Shown here piece by piece: positions 55,801-64,000 of a DNA stretch of 64,000 nt (the first letter of the stretch is position 1; the number at the start of each line of letters is the position of its first letter). A program made the translations under genes and the position numbers. Origin of the DNA: Diplonema japonicum (lineage: Eukaryota; Protista; Euglenozoa: Diplonemea); the NCBI GenBank assembly GCA_964019335.1, contig OZ025687.1, positions 62,001 through 126,000 of the forward strand, read 5' to 3'. The notes under the pieces are model-generated. The model worked only from the letters and a program-made list of their open reading frames with translations, was not told the origin of the DNA and made no database searches.

Positions 55801-56434
55801 GAAGGGTTTGTTCTTCCTCAGCAAACTGGTCCGACGAGGTGGTGCGTTCCTTGGGTGTCTTCTTGTCGCGGGAGCGGGACCGTGCACGAAGGGAGTCGAG
55901 CTCAGAGCGTTTCCGAGAGTGAGCGGCCCGGTGCTCCGTACGCCAGTGGCCAGGAGCGGACTTGCTGTCTTTGATCAGCATGCCTAGCTTTTTGCGGATA
56001 ACATCGTTGACCCAAGGGTAGCTCTGAGCCACTAAGTCGCTTATGTGAAGAGGTGTCGATGTGTCTAAGAGAGGAGTCAGCACCTCACGTGCTATAGGAT
56101 GGCGGTCAACAGGGAGCTCCATGATGATGTCCCAACCTACACCCTCAGCAGCTGTGATGTGTATCATGGAGTCCACCCCTTCGATGTCCACATGCCCAGC
56201 AGGCTGCTGCGTGGTCACGGTTACCTCGTCGCCCTCTACAAAATGGACACAAGGTGCGTCCGTCACCACTATCCCACATTCTCTGAATTCTGTTTCTCTG
56301 TTGCGTCCTTTGTTCAGCTTGATGTACCACCCTTCGCATGTGAACAGAAATTTTGAGGCACCCTCTGCAAGACACGCCTTTACAATTCCATCTCTTGAAG
56401 AGGCCCCGTAGTAGTCATGACCCCCTCCCTCCAT
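52835..56434 (-). CDS. Long coiled-coil protein with C-terminal PH domain; intron 55490-55522
   Basis: PH-like CSGWL...WKQLF...LYY...FSIET...FCASSVAERTEWLDHL. ORFs 55496-56632 and 52835-55408 join through a 33-nt intron. Confidence 0.8.
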
Positions 56435-59131
56435 AAGCCTTTTTTCTTTTGTAAGGTTTTTCGTACAATCATGACGGAAAAGGGGTGGGGAACAAGGTAG
56501 TAAGGTAGGGATGAAAAAATTGAAATGTAGGGTAGGGGGGGCTGGGTGTATATTGGAGGGGGGAGGGTGAAAATAGAGAAAAGAAAAGGGAAAAAAAAAA
56601 AAAAAAAAAAAAAAAAACCGTATCATCATCATCCTGGTATATTCTTTTTTTTTCTTCTTCTTTTTCTTTCCACTGTTTTCCCTCCCCCCAGAAAATATAA
56701 AAAAAAAAAAAAAAAAAAAAAACCATTACACGAGTATTTACGGTCTTGCTCTGTGTAAGAGCCTCGCACGGGGAGGAAAAAAAAAACCCCCTTAAAAAAA
56801 AAAAGAAACGAGAACGGCTGCACTTGACCTTCTCTTCTTTTCCCTCTTGCTCCTAATTATTTTACTGTTGTTTTTGTACCTAGAAAATAATATAGAGGTC
56901 GAGGGGGGGTGGGGGGAAACAAATATTGCGCAGTAAAAAAAAAAAAGAGAAATAAAAATAGAGGAAGAAAAGAAAACCAGGGAGTAAGGGATGAAGGAAA
57001 CTTATAAATAAGAAAATGAGAGAGAGAAATAAAAAAGAGGGAAAAAAAAAACTGGGAGTAAATCGGCAAAAAAGGATAGGCTCTGAAGAAGGAGGGGGGA
57101 AAGAAAAACAAAAAAAAAGAGGAGAACAGCTTCTCATTTCTTTTTGTATTTTCCTGAATATCCCCCCTTCTCGTTAGGTTGTTTTACTCTGCTCTTGCTT
57201 TTTTTTTTTTCCTCTTTTTTTTTTTTCTCACTCCGCTTTGGAGAACGCTTTGCTTTTAAAAAAAGACTTTTTTCTTTGCTGCTAAAAGAAAAAAAAAAAA
57301 GAAAAGAAAAAAAAGCAAATAGTTGTTAATAAAAAACGAAAGTTAATGAGCGTTTAAAAGTACACAAATGCAAAAAACATTTTTTTTTTTTTTTTTCGTG
57401 ACGAGATGAGGTGCCCTTGGCTTTCTTGGGGCAATCAGATCTTTTTGAAACAATTGCGAAATATTAAAAAAAAAAAAAATTAAACAAAAGCAAGAACCAA
57501 GATACTACCCCTACATCTTCACTGGAAAAAAAAAAAATTATTATTACTGTAAACACAAATTATGCTGGGATGACAAACTCCCGGACGCTCTGCCTACGGG
57601 CAATTACAGTGCTCAAACTGGAATCGACAACATGGATCCAAGCACGAGTTCCTTTATTTTCCTTCTATGTCTGTTGCCCGCACTTCCCACATCTTGCGAG
57701 AATCCCAGACGTTTGTCCGTTTCGGCTTTTTTTTGTTTTACAGCATTTCTTTTTTTTCTTTTTCCCGCCTTTGGAGGTCAGAATAACATGTAACAAAAAA
57801 AAAAAAAATCTTTTTTTAAAGCTTGCCCTCATCCCCTTTTTTTCCTCATTTTTTTTCTTGCGGTGTTTTCTTTCTTCCCCTCACTCTTCCTCACCAAGAA
57901 AGAAAGTCAACGTGAATTGGAAAAAAAAAAGGGGGGGAAGATCGAAAAATAGAGAGCAGGCCAAAGGCGAGGAGAGGGAGATAAAGGGAGGTAAGGCGCT
58001 AGAGAGTAATCAAAAAACCTTTCTTATTTTCGAAAAAAAAGGGGGGGGTATTTTGTTATTTTCTTCTTCTTCGCTTTTCTTCCTTGTATCAGTCCATTCT
58101 AAAGTTTTCTTTTTCTTTTTCCTGTTCCACCACTCTTCCCTATTCCTTTTTTTTTTTAAACTTAATTTCTCTACTATCTTCTTGGTGTGCAAAAAAAACT
58201 TCTTTTTTCCTTTTTCCCTTCCCTCGTTTTTCCTCTTTTTTTTTCTTTTTTTTTCCCCTCTAGGAGAAAAACCCAGAAATACAGAAGGGGAGGGGGGGGG
58301 GGGGGGGGGGGAAACGAAATACATGATTCTCTTCACAACAAAATAATAATAAATTGAAGAGAAAGACAAAAAAAAAATGCAATGGGAAAGGGGTAGGAAA
58401 TTTAAAAAAAAATTAAAGAAGGCGAAATCAAAAAAAAAATTCGGTTTTTTTTTTCTTTTTTTTTTCCCCCCCATCCCCTCCGTAAATGTCAAAAGGTGCT
58501 CGTTCCTGTGTGCCTTTAACAATTAGAGAAGGGGGGGGGGAGGGGGGGGGGGGGGGGGAAAAGAAAGAAGAAGAAAATAAAAGTGAGAGGTACTATAGGT
58601 TGGTTTCGAAGTTACTTACAGGGCCTATATAAGATGCAAAGTGCCAAATAAGTGCAACCCAAGGGGGGGGTTCAGGGTCAAGAACAAGACAAGGATAAAA
58701 AGGGGGGGAGGGGGGAGAGGTATTTTTTTTTTTCCCGAAAAAAAGAAATGATTTTTTTTTTAAACAAAGAAAACTCTCAGGTAACATAAACATGAAAAAA
58801 AAAACTCTTGTAGAAAACACTTGGACTGGGTTAGTTCCCCTCCTCCTTTCTCTCTTTTTCTTTTTTTTTCCCCTCCCTCTCCTTACTACTTATTGTATCA
58901 TTCTTCTCTTCCAGACGAATGCCTCGACTTCTTTCTTTGGTGCCCAGACCTCCACGGAGACAGGGTGGGTGGGGGACACAGGCGCTGTTGAAGAAGCTGG
59001 CCATCGCAGGAGAAGAGAAGAACGAAAGCTGAGAATTGAAGAAAGTGGGGAAAAAAAAGAGAAAAAAAACCAAAAAAGGAAAAGATGAAAAAAAACCAAA
59101 AAAGAAGTCTCAAGGTGATCTGTGTCCAGGG

Positions 59132-59164
<33 letters not shown>

Positions 59165-59463
59165 GACGAAAAGGTGCTGGTTGAGTGTGTATTATTATTT
59201 TTACTTTTTTTTCCTTTGGGGGTGGGGGGGGGGCGTATTCTTGCCTATTTGGAGTGAACACGCTGCGACAGCTCATTCATTATTATACTTCAAATTCTTT
59301 TAAAAAAAAGGGGGGGGAAATACAGAAATTTTTAAAAATTCGGATGGGTCTCTGAGTTTCCCCCCCCCCTCTCTTTTTTTTTCTTTGTCTTTTTTTTTTG
59401 CTTGAATAATAAAAAAAAAAGAAATCAACAATAATATTTTAAAAAAAAAAAAAAAACTCCCCT

Positions 59464-60816
59464 CTACAGGGTCTTCTGCCTGCCACCGTGTTCCTCTTCT
59501 TCCTCCGAGAACGAAGTACGGCGAAGGACGTAGCCTTCAGTCTTGATGCGGAAGTCGGCTTCAGAGGAAAACGAATCGTTCCAGTCGTCACCCTCGTCTG
59601 CGTCGCCTTCTTCGTCTTGGTGGGAAGCCTTCACGAAGTAGAGGGAGATGAGGTGGCCTGCAAGGGACTTTGTCCCGTTGACGGCAGCTGCGGCCAAGAG
59701 GGCATCCTCTTTCTTGTCGAACCCAGCGACCACATGGTCGCCAAACGAGGACACCTCGGCAGGGTTGTGCCCCTTCATCACCTCCTTGAGCACCCTTTGC
59801 GCGTCGACATTCTGCGGCAGCCCATGGGCCCCAAGGTAGTGGTACGGGCTTCCGGCGATGTCGGCAGGTGGGACAGAAGGCCGCGCTTCGTTCCTTGCTG
59901 TGCACATTCTTGTCTGCAGTTCTGTGCCTGCGCCGTCCCAGTGCAGTGCGTTGGCGTGCTTGGAGATGACTGCCTCCCACTTCTCGCCAAACAGTGACAC
60001 ACCGTCAAGCATAGCCACTGCTCGTTCTGCGCCCTCGCCGTCTGTGTACTGCACCAGGGCGCAACCCTTGCGCTTTGCCATCAGCTTTGCGCTCACCACC
60101 TCACCGTACATGCCCGCTACCTTGAAGAGGCCCACTGCGTCCAGTACTGACTCGTCGGGCAGCCCGCTCAGCTTCACGCAGTCCCCCACCTTCCCCACAG
60201 GCAGCCCTGCCGTGTTCTGGTGCAGCGACTCTGCAGGCGGGATCGTGCCCTTGTGTGTCTCCCCCTGCACGGGGTCCAACCACCCCTCACCCTTGATGCA
60301 CTGACCCCACAGGAAGTCACGTGTCTGCCAACCCATCTGCCTTGCACGCACCGCCACGTTCGCCGGGAACAACGCACGCACTTCTTCATTGAACGGTGTG
60401 TAGTCCCTGTTGCGGGCATCCTGTTGGGTGGGTTTTTTTTCTTTTTTCTTTAACAAACATACCAGCTTCTTAAAGGTGAGGACCTTGAGGAAGGAGGGCA
60501 CGATCTCAAGACGGCAGCTGCCAGGGGTGCTGTTGGGGGCGAAGTAGTTCAAAGTCCTGCCGTTGAGGTAGGAGAGGGCCACGCCTGCCTGCTGCATGGT
60601 CTCGTACTGGATGAGCAGCTGGTTCTTCGTGTTCTTCGTGAACGAGGAGAGCTTCTCCACCACCCCGAACTGGCTGAAAATCCAGAAGAGGTCATCCACC
60701 ATAACCTGCACACTGAGGTCCTTCAGCACTACAAGAAGGATTCGTGTGGTGCCGGTGGGGATGGGCTCCCTCCTCGACCTGGAGCCCACACACGGAGATA
60801 CCTGTACTGCCTCCAT
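59464..60816 (-). CDS. PTB/hnRNP-L-like multi-RRM RNA-binding protein; in-frame intron 60421-60462
   Basis: RILLV...VDDLFWIFSQFGVVEK...QLLIQY; LFKVAGMYGEV...K...ALVQY...A.AMLDG..LFG. Confidence 0.85.
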   Translation of the reverse strand: MEAVQVSPCVGSRSRREPIPTGTTRILLVVLKDLSVQVMVDDLFWIFSQFGVVEKLSSFTKNTKNQLLIQYETMQQAGVALSYLNGRTLNYFAPNSTPGSCRLEIVPSFLKVLTFKKLVCLLKKKEKKPTQQDARNRDYTPFNEEVRALFPANVAVRARQMGWQTRDFLWGQCIKGEGWLDPVQGETHKGTIPPAESLHQNTAGLPVGKVGDCVKLSGLPDESVLDAVGLFKVAGMYGEVVSAKLMAKRKGCALVQYTDGEGAERAVAMLDGVSLFGEKWEAVISKHANALHWDGAGTELQTRMCTARNEARPSVPPADIAGSPYHYLGAHGLPQNVDAQRVLKEVMKGHNPAEVSSFGDHVVAGFDKKEDALLAAAAVNGTKSLAGHLISLYFVKASHQDEEGDADEGDDWNDSFSSEADFRIKTEGYVLRRTSFSEEEEEHGGRQKTL

Positions 60817-61576
60817 TTATTTGTAAGTGTTTTATGTATGTGATCCTGTAGTGCTTGAGAGTGCATATGAGGCAGAATAGAAAACTACCACCATCGTTGA
60901 ACCAACAGCCTGTTGGAAACTAGGACGATTTCCCCCTTTCCCTTCCCTTTTCTGAGTGGGCAGTTACCCTACAACTAGTTGAATGAACTCGTTTCTTTTA
61001 GAATTTTTATAAAAAGTTATTTTTTGTTTGTGTTTTTTCTTTTTTTCTTTATTATTATTATTATATTTATTGATTGCGCAAAGAGAAAAAAAGAAGAAAA
61101 ACAAAAAAAAGAGGAGACAGGAAATCTTAAGAAAAAGGGATTTAGAAAAAAAAAAGGGAAGAAAAAAGAATTAGAAGAAAAAAAAAAAGAAGAGGATCTG
61201 CCCGCTTTTTCTTTTTTTTTTTTCTCCTTCCCCTTTTCTTTTTTTTTTTCCCTTTTTTTTTCTCATTTTCTTTTTTTCATTCTCCCCCCCTCATTGATCT
61301 TTTTTTCTTCTTTTCTAATTAAAATCTTTTGAGTTTGGTTTTGGTGTGAAGATTTAAAAAAAAAAAGTCTTTTCGTTCTCGAGAAAAGTATTAGTTAGAG
61401 ACCAGACCTTTTTTTTTTCCTTTTTTTTTTCTTTGTGATCAGTTTTGGTTTTTCTTTTTCTTCCTTTAGCAGATGCAACAAATTCTACCTCTGTTGTGCC
61501 TCTTCTGGTTCAAGCAGGGAGGCACTTATGCACCGCAATGCCCCATCGCTAAGCTAGGGGTGTTTTTCTGTGCAAG

Positions 61577-61616
<40 letters not shown>

Positions 61617-61820
61617 CCGGTTGATATCATTTGTAGCCAGTAGAAACCAAAGACAAAAAAAAAAAAAAAAAAAAAAAGAAAAGAGACATTTAAGGGAAAA
61701 AAGAAATTATTTCTGGTCTAAATACTTTCTCCTTTCTTTTTTTTTTTTTCTACCCTATCTTCAAAATGAAATTATTGTATTTTTTTTTTGCTGTAGAATA
61801 TATTTAAAAAAAAAAATTAA

Positions 61821-63377
61821 CCCCTAAAGGCCCGGAGCCTATCTACGGTACCCCCCCATTTTCGTTGTTGCTTTAAATACTCAAAAAAAAGGGCAGCATG
61901 CAACCATAGGAAGGTGCAAGGAAAGGGTACTAAAATTTTCAATACCAGGTGCCAGATTCAGCAGATGGGAACACTTAACTATGTGTGTATGAGGGGGTTG
62001 AGGGTGTACTTTTTATGTCCGATTTTGGGGGGTCTTGTCGTGGGGGGTCCGTGGAGTAATGGCTGGGCTAAAAAGGGCAGCATTCAGCCCTATTTGGTGC
62101 CCTGAACTCTAGGATTGAGGTCAGTCTGGAGACTTTTTGGCTGTGGGATGAAAAAAGCAACTTGTGAGTTTTTTTTCCAGCTGGGGTAGCATGCAAGGGT
62201 AAAAAACACGTTTTGCATAAGGGGGTTTTGCAACAGGGGCACCACGTTTGCACCTTCTTCCCGCACCCAGGAACAGCACAGAGCACCCTCCTCACCTTCG
62301 TTCCGTTCATCATGGTCCCGAAGGTGTGATTTAGGGTCAAATCGAGACGTTTTGGGTATTTCTGGATGAGGGAATCCTCATTGCTAGCGTGTTTGCGCTT
62401 GGGGGTCGGTGACGGTGTTGTCGGGGTGTGTGCTATCGGTTTTTGGGGCATGGGGCATGGGGCATGGGGTATGGGTGAGAAGCTTGCCAACAAGTTCTTC
62501 TTTGAAGCTCGGGAAGCCATAATTTTTGCCACATTCCCTGCTCTTCTTCCAGATTATGGAGGAGTTGGCAACACAGCTTTCCAGGACCCAATAAAAAACG
62601 ACCTTGATGCCCACCGAGTTGTTTTTTCGTGGTGCCATGACTTTTATTGTTGTCGGGATAACACTGTCGTCAACAGACAACCACTTGCCAGGGGTCCGCA
62701 CAGTCCTACACCGGTTGACAATGATGTCAAGAAACCTGCGCATGAGGTGCAGTTTCAGGCCTTCCAAATGTTTTCCAGGTTGTCAAAGGTGAGGTAGCGC
62801 TGTATGTCAACGAATCGGTTTGCTCATTTTCTCGAAAGCCGGGATGCTTAAATTAGAATTTGTTGTCCAGTAGCTCTTCATGTTCGGTGCCGAGCGTAAA
62901 CCCATTAACAGGACCAACCCAAGCCAAATTTTGTACTCTGGGATGGAAATATTCAGATTCCGCTGTTTTTTTGAATCGAAACGACCGGTTCGTGGAAGAA
63001 ACTATGAGCTCAAGTACCGCGTGTGCAAAAAAAAAGATTAAAAACACCCTCCTCATTGGCCGCTTCACTTAGAGGTGTTCTCCCACCCAAGCATCGTTTC
63101 CGGCCCCTCTTTGACCGCCTCATCGTCTTTTTCCCCTTTATCTGACCAGTCGGAGACTCACGTTTTCGCTGCTATTTTGACCATCTGATTTCATTTTAAG
63201 CCAACCCTGCCGGTTTCAATTAAAACATAAATTTTAACGCAAAATATAGTTTCAAGACAAAATAAACCGCGCAACAATGTCATATTTTGAAGTCCAAGGG
63301 CCGTGTTCAAAAAAAAGTACTTAGCGAAAAAGCAAATTTTGAAATAAGGACAAAATGTCCGCGCGGGCCTTTAGGGG
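61821..63377 (-). mobile_element. Internally deleted, non-autonomous piggyBac transposon (1557 bp)
   Basis: Perfect 14-bp TIRs CCCCTAAAGGCCCG (61821-61834 and 63364-63377), each flanked by TTAA, with transposase fragments inside. Confidence 0.92.
62068..63194 (-). pseudogene. Fragmented piggyBac transposase
   Basis: RFVDIQRYL, PGKWLSVDDSVIP (first catalytic-Asp region), FYWVLESCVANS, and Cys-rich tail CAVPGC...TWCPCCKTPLCKTCF..H. Frameshifts and a large deletion are present. Confidence 0.85.
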
Positions 63378-63559
63378 TTAAAAAAAAAAAAATCGGCTGA
63401 TTGTTTGTGCAAGCCGTTTTCACCTACAGTAGGGATAAACGGGCAAGCTGGTTTAAAAAACAAAAGCAAAAAAGAAGAAAAAAAAAAAAGATGTCTTTGA
63501 AGGGAACCTGCAGTATGTGACAGGATCGCCTTAAAAAAAAAAAAAAAAGAGACATTTAC

Positions 63560-63690
63560 AAAAAAAAAGAAAACTCGATAAAATATCAGTGTGTATGAGG
63601 GCGCACACTTTTTTCTGCGCCAAGTGAATGTTGCTTCACCCACTTCTGTGGCTGCTAACCGTTTGGGTGCACCTACCCTGGCCACGTCAA
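63560..63690 (-). mobile_element. Short 3'-end remnant related to the 38890-45546 retrotransposon
   Basis: aaaactcgataaaatatcagtgtg matches aaaactcgataaaatttcagtgtg at 38890-38913, and the hairpin is retained. Confidence 0.7.
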
Positions 63691-64000
63691 TTAACTTCTC
63701 GGAGACCTCTCCCTGAACGGCACTTTTGGTGATTCCCCCCTAAAAAAAAAGGTCCAGAGTTGATTTTTTTTTTTTTTTTTTTTTCCTCTTTTCCTTTTAT
63801 ATTATATATTTCTTTTATTTTTTTTTTTTTTTTTTATTTCACTCTTCTGAAACTATTTCACGTTCGGGGCTCATTACTTCACTGTGAAGTAATAGGGTTT
63901 CCGGGTTTATCAAGCTCCCAAAAGACTTCTGGTAAAATGCAAGCAGCAGAAACGAGGAGCGACTGGTAGGCATGACTGAGACCCTTTGTGACCCCTTGTT

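Noticed and set aside
58831-59113. Short mixed-composition ORFs near 58900-59010
   Set aside because: No motif and no clear start or splice context; likely part of the UTR of the PTB-like gene.
572-60826. Numerous plus-strand ORFs (e.g. 43373-44332, 51430-52716, 48814-49560)
   Set aside because: They are antisense shadows of GC-rich minus-strand genes, with Ser/Leu/Phe-rich translations and no motifs.
1-64000. tRNA, rRNA, snRNA or spliced-leader RNA genes
   Set aside because: None recognised by eye; a tRNAscan-SE or Rfam scan would be needed to exclude them.

Overview
Eukaryotic protist DNA. A diplonemid-like euglenozoan origin is inferred from the architecture, not proven. All ~27 genes I can model lie on the minus strand with short spacers. 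Most carry tiny GT-AG introns (34 modelled by hand, 30-60 nt), so the ORF track splits or truncates many genes and misses some microproteins. Compact gene blocks alternate with homopolymer-rich blocks that hold the mobile DNA. The centrepiece is a near full-length ~6.65 kb non-LTR retrotransposon (38890-45546, minus strand). It has a textbook HDV-like self-cleaving ribozyme at its 5' end and an ORF1 that starts with an OTU-type cysteine protease. ORF1 joins the APE-RT ORF in the same frame through a single UGA followed 6 nt later by a 12-bp hairpin (candidate programmed readthrough). Its 3' end is a conserved stem-loop followed by a T-rich tail rather than poly(A). Also present are several 3' remnants of related elements, an internally deleted piggyBac, and a Tourist-like MITE. 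Splicing reveals a collagen-like CaaX microprotein, a tandem pair of His-rich microproteins, a uridine phosphorylase ending in -SKL, and an ankyrin protein with a MED27-like C-terminus. All intron models and family calls come from manual reading; no searches were run.
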